A DNA stretch of 64,000 nt from Candidatus Palauibacter ramosifaciens (GTDB lineage: Bacteria > Gemmatimonadota > Gemmatimonadetes > Palauibacterales > Palauibacteraceae): positions 14,459 to 78,458 of the forward strand of contig VXYT01000101.1 of the NCBI GenBank assembly GCA_009845855.1, in the 5' to 3' direction. Of this stretch, positions 37,480-47,500 are shown one piece after another. Numbering within the stretch: the first letter of the stretch is position 1; each line of letters starts with the position of its first letter. Position numbers and translations under genes: made by a program. Below the pieces are notes generated by a model. It made no database searches. It saw only the letters and a list, made by a program, of their open reading frames with translations, and was not told the DNA's origin.

Positions 37480-38532
37480 ATGCCGGGTTATGCGGCCCTG
37501 GGAGAACCTTGGTGGATCGCGCTCGTGTGGATCCTCGTCGCCGGCCACCTGACGAACATGGTGAACACGCTCTATCTGCACCGCTCGGCGACGCACGGCG
37601 GCGTCGTGTTCCATCCGGTCGTCGAGCACGCCATGCGGTTCTGGTGCTGGCTCACGACCGGGATCGTGACGAAGGAGTGGGTCGCGATCCACCGGAAGCA
37701 CCACGCCTACGCGGACCGCGAGGGCGATCCCCATTCGCCCACGCTCGAGGGTCTCGCGAACATCGCGTTCGGCGGGCTCTTCTTCTACCGGAAGGCCGCG
37801 AAGGACGAGACGCTGCTCGAGAAATACGGGAAGGGGACGCCGGACGACTGGGTCGAGCGCAACGTCTACACGAAGCGCCGCGGCCTGGGGCTCAGAATCA
37901 TGCTCGTCCTCAATCTGTACCTGTTCGGGATCATCCCCGGGCTCATCGTCTGGACGTGCATGGTGTTCTGGATGCCGCTCACGGGGAACATCATCAACGG
38001 TCTCGGGCACGCGCTCGGCTACCGGACCTTCGGCACCCGCGACGACAGCCGTAATCTCTATCCGTGGGGGATCTGGATTCTCGGCGAGGAACTCCACAAC
38101 AACCACCACGCGGACCCGCGCTCGGCCAAGTTCAAGGCGCACTGGTGGGAGTTCGACATCGGCTGGCTATACATCCGGATCCTGAGCGTCCTGCGACTTG
38201 CCAACGTGCTGTACGCGCGCACGGCGACCCCCCGGGAATTCGCGGCGAAGTTCTACCGCGACTCCGCGGACCGCATGAACCGGCGCCTCGACCGGGCGCT
38301 GTCGCGCATCCAGCGGACCCGGGAGGCTGGCCTCCTGCGCATCGAACGCGCCCGCGAGGAGCAGTCCCTCGTGCGTCTCGACCGGGCAGCCACCCGGGCC
38401 CGGGCCCGACTGGACCGGGTCCGAACCGGAAAGTTCGCGCGCGTCGCCCGGGCCAAGGCGGAGGCCGGTGCCGAACTCGACCGGGCTCGCGACGCCGCCC
38501 GCACCCGCATCCTCCGCGCCGTGGAAGCCTGA
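37480..38532 (+). CDS. Fatty acid (delta-9 type) desaturase with Arg/Ala-rich helical tail
   Basis: His boxes HRSATH, HRKHH, HNNHH; GDPHSP; WWEFDIGW. Confidence 0.92.
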   Translation: MPGYAALGEPWWIALVWILVAGHLTNMVNTLYLHRSATHGGVVFHPVVEHAMRFWCWLTTGIVTKEWVAIHRKHHAYADREGDPHSPTLEGLANIAFGGLFFYRKAAKDETLLEKYGKGTPDDWVERNVYTKRRGLGLRIMLVLNLYLFGIIPGLIVWTCMVFWMPLTGNIINGLGHALGYRTFGTRDDSRNLYPWGIWILGEELHNNHHADPRSAKFKAHWWEFDIGWLYIRILSVLRLANVLYARTATPREFAAKFYRDSADRMNRRLDRALSRIQRTREAGLLRIERAREEQSLVRLDRAATRARARLDRVRTGKFARVARAKAEAGAELDRARDAARTRILRAVEA

Positions 38533-38653
38533 CCCCAAAAACGGGCTCGCCACGGACTGACCCGGCCCGCCATGGATTGACGCAGCGTGCCGCGGACGGA
38601 CCCAGCTTGCCGTCGACGGACTCCCCCCGCCGCGGACGGCCCCGGGCGCTTTG

Positions 38654-38682
38654 TTGACGCCGCTCCGAGTTCCGTGCATGTT
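38654..38682 (+). promoter_or_regulatory. Candidate sigma70 promoter for the MCO-ZIP operon
   Basis: TTGACG-N17-CATGTT just upstream of the palindrome. Confidence 0.45.
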
Positions 38683-38692
38683 CCCAGGAACT

Positions 38693-38714
38693 ATTTTTAG
38701 CCTAGGCTAAAAAT
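38693..38714. promoter_or_regulatory. Perfect 22-bp AT-rich palindrome, putative DtxR/MntR-family operator
   Basis: ATTTTTAGCCTAGGCTAAAAAT, followed by a degenerate copy (TTTAGCTCCAGGCT). Confidence 0.75.
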
Positions 38715-38766
38715 TTAGCTCCAGGCTGCGGCCTGGACGGGTGTTCGCGGGAAATTCGGAGGACGA

Positions 38767-39873
38767 GTGAGGCCGGAGCAGTTGAGTCGGCGCGACTGGC
38801 TGAAGCTGGGCGCCGCGGGGGTTGCGGGCGTATCGGGCGCAACGGTGCTGGACCTGGCCTCCCGGGGCGGTGCGGCTGCGGCGCTGGCGGCCAGCGGCGC
38901 CATGCCGCGCGAGCCGCGAGGCGATGGCGCTGCGGCGAGCCCGCACGCGGGGCACCAGGAGGCGATGGGGATCGTCGGCATGCCCGGGCCCGACGGGGCG
39001 TTCGATCCGGCGGCCTTCCTCACCGACTTCGACTACGGAGAGGTCACGACCCGTGCCGACGGGCGCGTCGTGCGCCGCTGGCAGGTGGTGGCGCTCGACC
39101 GGGAGATCGAGATCGCGCCCGGAGTCTTCTTTCCGGCGTGGACCTACAACGGGCAGGTGCCGGGCCCGACCCTGCGCTGCACCGAGGGGGACATCCTCCA
39201 GGTCGAGTTCACGAACGCGGGCTCGCACCCCCACACCATCCACTTCCACGGCACGCACCCGCCGGAGATGGACGGCTTCGAACCCATCGTCGAACCGGGG
39301 CAGCGTTTCACCTACGAGTTCGAGGCGAAGCCGTTCGGCCTCCACCTGTACCACTGCCACACGATGCCGCTCAAGCGGCACATCCATAAGGGCCTGTACG
39401 GGACCTTCATCGTCGATCCGCCCGAAGGCCGGGAACCGGCGCGCGAGATGGTCATGGTGATGAACGCGTTCGACAGCAACCTCGACGGCGACAACGAGGT
39501 GTACGCGGTCAACACGTCGGCGTTCTACTACCACCACCATCCCGTGCGCGTGGGCGTGAACGACCTGTGCCGCATCTATCTCGTGAACACGACCGAGTTC
39601 GACCTCATCAACTCCTTCCACCTGCACGCGGGCATGTTCAAGGTGTTCCGGACCGGCACCCGGCCGGACCAGTACGAGCTCACGGACACGATCATGATGT
39701 GCCAGGGCGAGCGGCACGTCCTCGAGTTCCGGCTCGAGAACCCCGGCATGCACATGTTCCACGCGCACCAGAGCGAGTTCGCGGAACTGGGATGGATGGG
39801 ATTCTTCGAGGCGGTCGAGCGGCTCGCCGCCGACGAGGGCGCGCCCGTGCGCCCGGCTCCGAGCGATGTCTGA
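38767..39873 (+). CDS. Two-domain multicopper oxidase, Tat-exported
   Basis: SRRDWLK; HTIHFHG, YHCH..HIHKGL in domain 1; FHLHA, FHAH in domain 2. Confidence 0.9.
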   Translation: MRPEQLSRRDWLKLGAAGVAGVSGATVLDLASRGGAAAALAASGAMPREPRGDGAAASPHAGHQEAMGIVGMPGPDGAFDPAAFLTDFDYGEVTTRADGRVVRRWQVVALDREIEIAPGVFFPAWTYNGQVPGPTLRCTEGDILQVEFTNAGSHPHTIHFHGTHPPEMDGFEPIVEPGQRFTYEFEAKPFGLHLYHCHTMPLKRHIHKGLYGTFIVDPPEGREPAREMVMVMNAFDSNLDGDNEVYAVNTSAFYYHHHPVRVGVNDLCRIYLVNTTEFDLINSFHLHAGMFKVFRTGTRPDQYELTDTIMMCQGERHVLEFRLENPGMHMFHAHQSEFAELGWMGFFEAVERLAADEGAPVRPAPSDV

Positions 39874-41092
39874 CGAGCGATCCGACGCCGCGCCGCGCCG
39901 GAGCGGCCCGGCGCGCTGGGTCCTGGGCCTCTTCCCGCTCGCACTGCTGGCGGGGCTCATCGCCTTCTTCTTCGGTGCCGATCCCACCGCCCCTTTCCGG
40001 GACGCGTTCCCGCCCGTCGAGGACCTCACGATTGAGCGCGTGAGCTTCCCGGAGACCGGCGTCATGCGCGTGCACGTCGTGAACGGGGGACCGGAGGCGG
40101 CCACCATCGCGCAGGTGATCGTCGACGACGCCTATTGGCAGTTCGAGATCGACGGGGACCCGACGCTGCCGCGTCTCGCCCGGGCCACGCTCGAGCTGGA
40201 CTACCCCTGGGTGGAGGGTGAACTCCACGTCATTCGGCTGGTCACTTCCACCGGACTCACGTTCGACCACGAGGTGGCGGTGGCGACTCTCTCGCCGCGC
40301 CCGAACGCCCTCTACCTGACGACGTTCGGCCTCCTCGGCCTCTACGCCGGCGTGATCCCCGTCCTCGTGGGCCTGCTGTGGTATCCGTTTCTGCGGCGGA
40401 TCGACCGCAAGTGGATCCACTTCTACCTCAGCCTCACGGTGGGTCTGCTGGCGTTCCTCGTCGTCGATGCGTTCGAGGACACGCTCGAGGCGTCGGCGCT
40501 CGTGCCGGAGGGATTCCAGGCCGCGGGGCTGATCGCCGTCGGGGTGATCGGCGCCATCGTCGGCCTCAGAGCGCTGGGGAACCTCGGGCGCGGCAGGGGG
40601 GGCGGAGACTCCACGGGGGCGGACGGCGGTGGAGCGAGCCCCGGGCTCACGGTGGCCTACCTCATCGCCATCAGCATCGGACTGCACAACCTCGGCGAGG
40701 GACTCGCGATCGGGGCGGCCTTCTCGCTGGGAGAGATTGCGCTCGGGAGCTTCCTCGTCATCGGCTTCGCGCTCCACAACACGACCGAGGGGCTGGCCAT
40801 CGTCGCGCCCGTCGCGGACCGGCGGCCCGCGCTCCGGCACTTCGCCTTCATGGGCGGCATCGCCGGGTTGCCGACCGTGCTGGGGGCGTGGGCCGGCGGC
40901 TTCTCCTACTCGCCGACGCTGGCGACCTTCTTCCTCGCGCTCGGCGCCGGGGCCATCCTGCAGGTCATCGTCGAGGTCACGAGGCTGATCCGGAAGAGCT
41001 GGCCCCAGGGCCTGTTCACCCCGCTCAACGCCACGGGCCTCCTCCTCGGCCTGCTGGTCATGTACGGCACCGCGCTCATGGTGACCGCGTAG
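39866..41092 (+). CDS. ZIP family metal transporter with N-terminal extracytoplasmic domain
   Basis: HNLGEG and HNTTEG motifs; about 8 C-terminal TMs; overlaps the MCO stop. Confidence 0.88.
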   Translation: MSDERSDAAPRRSGPARWVLGLFPLALLAGLIAFFFGADPTAPFRDAFPPVEDLTIERVSFPETGVMRVHVVNGGPEAATIAQVIVDDAYWQFEIDGDPTLPRLARATLELDYPWVEGELHVIRLVTSTGLTFDHEVAVATLSPRPNALYLTTFGLLGLYAGVIPVLVGLLWYPFLRRIDRKWIHFYLSLTVGLLAFLVVDAFEDTLEASALVPEGFQAAGLIAVGVIGAIVGLRALGNLGRGRGGGDSTGADGGGASPGLTVAYLIAISIGLHNLGEGLAIGAAFSLGEIALGSFLVIGFALHNTTEGLAIVAPVADRRPALRHFAFMGGIAGLPTVLGAWAGGFSYSPTLATFFLALGAGAILQVIVEVTRLIRKSWPQGLFTPLNATGLLLGLLVMYGTALMVTA

Positions 41093-41152
41093 CAGCCCGG
41101 ACTGCTGGCCCGCCGGCGTAAGCCGGTGTGGCGTCACTCCAAAGGAGGCACG

Positions 41153-41584
41153 ATGCTTGGCGGCAGAAATCCCGGCCTGGGTCTGGCCATCCTCCGCGTT
41201 GTGATCGGACTGATCTTCGTGATGCACGGCTGGCCCAAGCTGGCCGGCGGCATCGAGGGCACCGCAGCCTTCCTGGGCTCGCTCGGAATCCCGCTCTCCG
41301 GCGCGGTCGCGTGGGGGATCGCGCTGGCTGAGACGCTGGGTGGCGCATGCCTGATCGCGGGCCTGTGCGTGACGCCCTTCGCGCTGCTTCTCGCCGCGCA
41401 CATGCTGGCGGGGATCTTCCTCGTCCATCTGGCCAACGGCTTCTACGTCGTGGGCCCGGGCCAGGGCGGCTACGAGTTCAACCTCCTCCTGGTCGCCGCC
41501 CTGCTGACGCTCGTCCTGGCCGGATCCGGGATCGCGACGCTCAAGAGCCTCCTCGCGAACGACGTCGAGGTGGTCATCGACTGA
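41153..41584 (+). CDS. DoxX family membrane protein
   Basis: ATG after AGGAGG; LRVVIGLIFVMHGWPKL, GGYEFNL. Confidence 0.9.
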   Translation: MLGGRNPGLGLAILRVVIGLIFVMHGWPKLAGGIEGTAAFLGSLGIPLSGAVAWGIALAETLGGACLIAGLCVTPFALLLAAHMLAGIFLVHLANGFYVVGPGQGGYEFNLLLVAALLTLVLAGSGIATLKSLLANDVEVVID

Positions 41585-41647
41585 GGCGTTCCCGCGGGAA
41601 CGTTCCGCCGCATCGACACGGCGCACGGGGCCGCGTAGACTGGCATC

Positions 41648-41977
41648 ATGCGCCGGCTCACCATTCCCCTGCTTCTCGCCACGCTCGTGCTTCCGTACGC
41701 GCGCGCCCCGCTGTGCGAGGCGGGCTCGCACGAACACGGCGAGCACCACGCGATGGCGGGGTTGCCGACTCTCGTCGAGTCTCCGGTAGAGGGCGCGGGG
41801 GCGGGAAGGGACTGTCACTCGCTGATGGGTTGCGCGGTCGTGTTGCAGGCTTCGCTCCCGTTGGGCACGACCAGCTTCCGCTCCTTCGCGCACGATTCGA
41901 ACGTTGCGCTCGCCGGCGCTGCATTCCAACTCCGGTCCAGAGCCTCTCCCGACACCCCTCCGCCAAAAACCGTCTGA
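41648..41977 (+). CDS. Small exported His/Cys protein with C-terminal Pro-rich motif (CutF/DUF2946-like leader)
   Basis: Signal peptide; HEHGEHH; CHSLMGC; ends SPDTPPPKTV; directly upstream of cusCBA. Confidence 0.65.
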   Translation: MRRLTIPLLLATLVLPYARAPLCEAGSHEHGEHHAMAGLPTLVESPVEGAGAGRDCHSLMGCAVVLQASLPLGTTSFRSFAHDSNVALAGAAFQLRSRASPDTPPPKTV

Positions 41978-42064
41978 ACGGACACATCCGCGTGAGGCCC
42001 CCGGCCGCCGTGCGATAACGGCGATCCGCGGGCGAGTTGTCACCGTTCAGATGAGAGGCATCTC

Positions 42065-43375
42065 ATGCCATCCGTAACCCATGCCCGCGTGTCCCGCATG
42101 AAGGGCGGGATGCGCCGGGGCATCCGGTTCTTTGCGTGGGCCGTGGCGGCCGGCGGGGCCATGGCGTCCCCGTCGCGGGCGCAGGAGCGCGACACGCTCC
42201 ACCTGGCCGACGCGGTCGCCGCGGCGCGCGGTTCCAACCCGATGCTGCGGGTCGCCCGCCTGAGGGCCGACGCTGCACGGGCACGCGTGCCGCAGATGAG
42301 CGCGCCGCCGGATCCGGTCGTCTCGTTCCGTCTCGGAAACCGTCCCCTCGACGGGTTCGGGGCGGGCGAAAGAATGACGATGAACACGCTCCAGGTGCAG
42401 CAGACGCTGCCCTGGCCCGGGAAACTCGGCTTGGCCGAGGCGCGCGCGGCGCACCTCGCGGTCGCCGAGGAGCTGGCGGTCCTCGACCACGAGGCCGCCC
42501 TCGTCCGCCGCGTGAAGGCGGTGTACTTCGAACTTGCCTTCGAGGACCGGGCGCTGGACATCATGCGCGACACGCGCGATCTCCTGCGCGAGTTCCTCGA
42601 TGTCTCCAACACGCTCTACGCCGTGGGGGCGGGCCTTCAGAACGATGTTCTGCAGGCACAGGTGGCCGTCGCCACGATGACCGAGGACATCACGGCGGCG
42701 GAACAGGCACGGCTCGCCATGGCGGCACGGCTGAACGCGCTCCTGGGGCGCGGGCCCGAACGAAACGTGGGGGCGCTCGAACTGCCCGGCACCGGCGAGC
42801 CCCTTCCGGGCGTGACGGACCTCATGGCCGTGGCGACCGAGAGACGGCCCGCGCTGCGCGCCGCCCGCGAGCGGATCCGGGCGGCGGAGTCGGCCTACGA
42901 GACCGCCCGCCGCGCCATCTACCCTGATCTGAGGCTTGGGGCCGACTACGCGCACCGACCGCGGTTCGCGGACATGCTGAGCTTCAGCGTGGGGGTCAGC
43001 GTCCCGCTGTGGGCGGGTTCCCGCCAGTTGCCCATGCGGGACGAGGCGTTCGCCCGCCAGGCCGCCGAGGAGGCCGCCGAACTCGAACTCCTGAACGAGA
43101 CCTGGGCCCGGATCGCGGAAGCGCGGGCCGAGTCCGATCGCGCCCTGCGGCTCCACGACCTCTACGCCACGTCGATCCTCCCCCAGGCGCGGGCCGCGGT
43201 CGAATCGTCCCTCTCCGCCTACCGCGTCGGTCAAGTCGATTTCATGACGCTCGTGCAGAGCGAACTCACCGTGCACCGCTACGAGATCGAACGCGTACGG
43301 CTCACCGCCGCCTATCACTCGGCCGTCGCGGAGATCGAAGCCCTGCTGGGGGGTGGAACGGAGGTGATCCGATGA
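42065..43375 (+). CDS. TolC-family outer membrane factor of the Cus-type efflux system
   Basis: PPDP, QTLPWPGKL, VSVPLW, AYRVGQVDF; precedes cusBA. Confidence 0.88.
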   Translation: MPSVTHARVSRMKGGMRRGIRFFAWAVAAGGAMASPSRAQERDTLHLADAVAAARGSNPMLRVARLRADAARARVPQMSAPPDPVVSFRLGNRPLDGFGAGERMTMNTLQVQQTLPWPGKLGLAEARAAHLAVAEELAVLDHEAALVRRVKAVYFELAFEDRALDIMRDTRDLLREFLDVSNTLYAVGAGLQNDVLQAQVAVATMTEDITAAEQARLAMAARLNALLGRGPERNVGALELPGTGEPLPGVTDLMAVATERRPALRAARERIRAAESAYETARRAIYPDLRLGADYAHRPRFADMLSFSVGVSVPLWAGSRQLPMRDEAFARQAAEEAAELELLNETWARIAEARAESDRALRLHDLYATSILPQARAAVESSLSAYRVGQVDFMTLVQSELTVHRYEIERVRLTAAYHSAVAEIEALLGGGTEVIR

Positions 43376-44598
43376 AACGATTCAATCTCTTTTCGTCCAC
43401 GCGCGCCCGGGTCGCGCTCGTTCCCGTCGCGGCCGTGCACTGGGCGTGCGGCGGCGGCTCCGAGACGGCGGAGATGCCCGGGGTGGAAGGCGAGCACGCC
43501 GCGCACATGCCCGCCATGGCCGCTCCCCCGGAAACCGACACGATGCCGGCGCTCGGGCGCGGCCTCGTCCAGCTCACATCGGAACAGGAGCAGGCGCTCG
43601 GCGTCACCTACACGGCCGTGGAGCGGGTCTCCGCGGTGCGCGAGATCCGAACCGTGGGCCGCATCGACGCCCCCGAGGGCAACATCGCCGACATCACGCC
43701 CAAGACCGACGGCTTCGTCGAGGAACTCCTGGTCGCGACCACCGGCGAGGCCGTTCGGCGGGGCCAGCCGCTGCTCACGATCTACAGCCCCGCGCTCGTC
43801 GCAGCCCAGGAAGAACTGCTGACGGCGCGCCGGCTCGCCGCGCAGGTCGATACGGTCGCCACCGAGGCGTGGTCGAACGCGCAGTCCATGCTCGAGGCGA
43901 GCCGCCGCCGGCTCGCCTGGTGGGACATCACCGACGAGCAGATCGAGCGGCTGGAGCAGACGGGCGAAGTCACGAAGACGATGCAGCTCGTCGCCCCCGT
44001 GAGCGGGATCGTCCTCGAGAAGGACGTCGTCGAGGGACAGCGGGTGACGCCGGGCACGCGCCTGTACCGCATCGCCGACCTCTCGACCGTGTGGGTGGAG
44101 GGAGAGGTGTTCGAGCGGGACCTCCAGTTCGTCGACGTCGGTTCGCAGGCCCACATCGAGGTCACCGCCTATCCGGGCGAACACATGATGGGGGCGGTGA
44201 GCTTCGTCAATCCTACCGTGGAGATCGCAAGCCGCACGAACCGCGTCCGGGTCTCCGTGCCGAACCCCGGCCTCCGCTTCAAGCCGGGGATGTTCGCCAC
44301 CGTCTTCTTCGAGGTCGCCGCGATCCAGGACGACATCGCGGTGCCGCTGGAGGCGGTCGTCGTCACCGGAGAACGGAACCTCGTCTTCGTGCGCGACGAG
44401 GGGGGGCTGCTCATGCCGCATGAGGTCGTGCTGGGGGCGCGGGCCGGGGATCTGGTCCAGATCCTGAGCGGGCTCGCGGAAGGGGAGACGATCGTCGCCT
44501 CCGCCAACTTCCTCATCGATGCCGAGTCCCGTCTCGGCGCGACCGGCGGGGGCATGCCCGGGATGCAGCACGCGGGCCACGGCGAGGAGGGGCGATGA
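43372..44598 (+). CDS. cusB: Heavy-metal RND periplasmic adaptor (CusB-like)
   Basis: GFVEEL, IYSPALVAAQEEL, RIADLSTVWV, KPGMF, SANFLIDAES; Met/His-rich ends. Confidence 0.88.
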   Translation: MKRFNLFSSTRARVALVPVAAVHWACGGGSETAEMPGVEGEHAAHMPAMAAPPETDTMPALGRGLVQLTSEQEQALGVTYTAVERVSAVREIRTVGRIDAPEGNIADITPKTDGFVEELLVATTGEAVRRGQPLLTIYSPALVAAQEELLTARRLAAQVDTVATEAWSNAQSMLEASRRRLAWWDITDEQIERLEQTGEVTKTMQLVAPVSGIVLEKDVVEGQRVTPGTRLYRIADLSTVWVEGEVFERDLQFVDVGSQAHIEVTAYPGEHMMGAVSFVNPTVEIASRTNRVRVSVPNPGLRFKPGMFATVFFEVAAIQDDIAVPLEAVVVTGERNLVFVRDEGGLLMPHEVVLGARAGDLVQILSGLAEGETIVASANFLIDAESRLGATGGGMPGMQHAGHGEEGR

Positions 44599-47500
44599 TC
44601 GAGCGCGTCATCGCCTGGTCGATCCGGAACCGGTTTCTTGTCCTCCTCGGGACCGCCGTCATCCTCGGCGCGGGGCTGTGGTCCGTGCGTACGACGCCGC
44701 TCGACGCCATTCCCGATCTGTCGGATGTCCAGGTCATCGTCCAGACCGATTTTGCGGAACAGGCCCCGCAGATCGTCGAAGATCAGGTCACGTACCCGAT
44801 CGCATCGGAGATGCTGAAGGTGCCGGGGGCACGCGTGGTGCGCGCGTTCTCCTTCTTCGGGCTCAGCCTCGTGTACGTGATCTTCGAGGACGGCACGGAC
44901 ATCTACTGGGCCCGATCCCGGGTGCTCGAATACCTGAACGGGATCCGGCGGCAGCTGCCGGAGAACGTCGAACCGGTGCTCGGCCCGGACGCGACGGGCG
45001 TGGGCTGGGTCTACGAGTACACTCTCGAGTCGGACAGCCTGAACCTCGCGGAACTGCGCACGCTCCAGGACTGGTACCTCCGCTATCAACTGACGGCCGT
45101 GCCGGGGGTGGCCGAAGTCGCGAGCCTGGGCGGATTCGTCAAGCAGTACCAGGTGGAGGTGAATCCGGAGCGGCTGCGAGCGTTCGACATCCCCGTGACG
45201 CGCGTGTCCCGGGCGATCGGGGACCACAACATCGACATCGGGGCGCGCGTGCTCGAGATGGGGGGGCGCGAATACATGATCCGCGGCCTCGGCTACCTGC
45301 GGGGCACGCTCGACATCGAGAACGTGGCCGTGGGGTCGACGCCGAACGGCACGCCGATCCGGGTGGCCGATGTGGCGACCGTGCAGGAAGGCCCGGCCCC
45401 CCGGCGCGGCGTCGCGGATCTGAACGGCCGCGGCGAGGTCGTGGCCGGCATCGTCATCATGCGCTTCGGCTCGGACGCGCTCGAGACGATCGAGCGGGTG
45501 AAGGAGCGGCTGGACGAGATCAACGCGGGGCTTCCGGCCGGCACGCGGCTGCGGCCGGCCTACGACCGCAGCGACCTCATTCACCGGGCGATCGACACGC
45601 TCCGCGAGAAGCTTGTGGAGGAATCGCTCATCGTCGCCGCCGTGGCGCTGGTGTTCCTCCTCCACTTCCGCTCGGCGCTCGTCGCGATCGTGACGCTGCC
45701 CCTCGGCATCCTCATCTCGTTCATCGTCATGCGGTGGATCGGCGTGAACGCCAACATCATGAGCCTCGGGGGGATCGCGATCGCGATCGGAGCGATGGTG
45801 GACGCGGCCATCGTCATGGTCGAGAACATGCACAAGCATCTCGAGCGCGCCGCCCCCGGCACGTCGCGCTGGGACGTGGTCCTCGCGAGCGCGAAACAGG
45901 TGGGTCCGCCCCTCTTCTTCTCACTCCTCATCATCACGTTCAGCTTCCTTCCGGTGTTCGCGCTCGAGCAGCAGGAGGGCCGGCTGTTCAGACCCCTCGC
46001 GTTCACCAAGACCTTCGCCATGGCGGGGTCCGCGTTCCTCGCGATCACCCTGGTTCCCGTGCTGATGGGATATCTCGTGCGCGGACGGATCCGTCGGGAG
46101 CGGGCGAACCCGGTGAATCGCATCATGCGCTGGCTCTACCGACCCTTCCTGGGCTTCGCGCTCCGCCGCCCATGGCTCGTGGTCGCCACGGCCGCAGGGC
46201 TGCTGGGCGCCACGGTTCTGCCGTGGCAGCGGCTCGGCAGCGAGTTCATGCCGCCGCTTCACGAAGGGTCGATCCTCTTCATGCCGACCACCGTGCCGGG
46301 GGCGTCGATCGCCCAGGCCCGGGAGATCATGCGATACCAGGACAGCGTTCTCGCGACCTTCCCCGAGGTGGAGAGCGTCCTGGGGAAGGCGGGACGCGCG
46401 GAAACCGCCACGGATCCCGCCCCGCTCGACATGTTCGAGACGACGATCACCCTGCGGCCCCGGGCGGAGTGGCGTCCCGGGGTCACCTACGCCGGGCTGC
46501 TGTCGCAGATGGACGAGGCCGTCGCCCTCCCCGGCGTGACGAACGCGTGGACGATGCCGATCAAGGGGCGCATCGACATGCTCGCCACGGGCGTCCGCAC
46601 GCCGGTGGGGATCAAGATCTTCGGCCCGGATCTCGACACGCTGCAGGCGCTCGGGGAGGAGGCCGAGCGCATCGTGCGCGAGATCCCGGGAACGCGCAGC
46701 GCGTTCGCGGAGCGCGGCGTCTCCGGGTACTACGTCGACATCGACGTCGACCGGCCGGAGGCGGCGCGCTACGGCCTCAACGTCGGCGACGTGCACAACG
46801 CGATCATGGCGACGGTCGGCGGGATGAACGCGACGGTCACCGTGGAGGGGCGAGAGCGATACGCGGTGAACGTCCGCTATCCGCGCGAGCTGCGCGACGA
46901 CCTGCAGAACCTGCGCGAGGTGCTGGTGCCCGTGCCCGATGGGACGCAGATCCCGCTCGGCCAGGTGGCCCGCGTCGCGGCCGTTCAGGGGCCCATGGCC
47001 GTGAAAACCGAGAACGCCTTTCCCGTGACGACGATCTTCGTCGACATCGAGGGCGTCGACATCGGGAGTTACGTGGAGGCGGCCCGGCGCGTCGTCGCCG
47101 CCCAGCTCGAACTCCCGAGCGGGTACTCTCTCGTATGGAGCGGGCAGTACGAGTTCATGCAGCGGGTGCAGGAGCGCCTGCGCGTCGTGATTCCGGTGAC
47201 GCTGGGAATCATCTTCCTTCTCCTCTACCTCAACTTCCGGGGCGTGGCCGAGTCGCTGATCGTCATGCTCGCCCTGCCGTTCTCGCTCGTGGGCGGCATC
47301 TGGTTCCTGTGGCTCCTGGGCTACAACACGAGCGTCGCGGTCTGGGTCGGGTTCATCGCGCTCGCCGGCGTGGCGGCGGAGACCGGAGTGGTAATGCTGA
47401 TCTACCTGGACGAGGCGTTCCGCCGTCGTCGCCGCGAGGGCCGCATCCGGACCGCCGCGGATGTGGCCGCTGCGGTTCGCGAAGGGGCGCTGGAGCGGCT

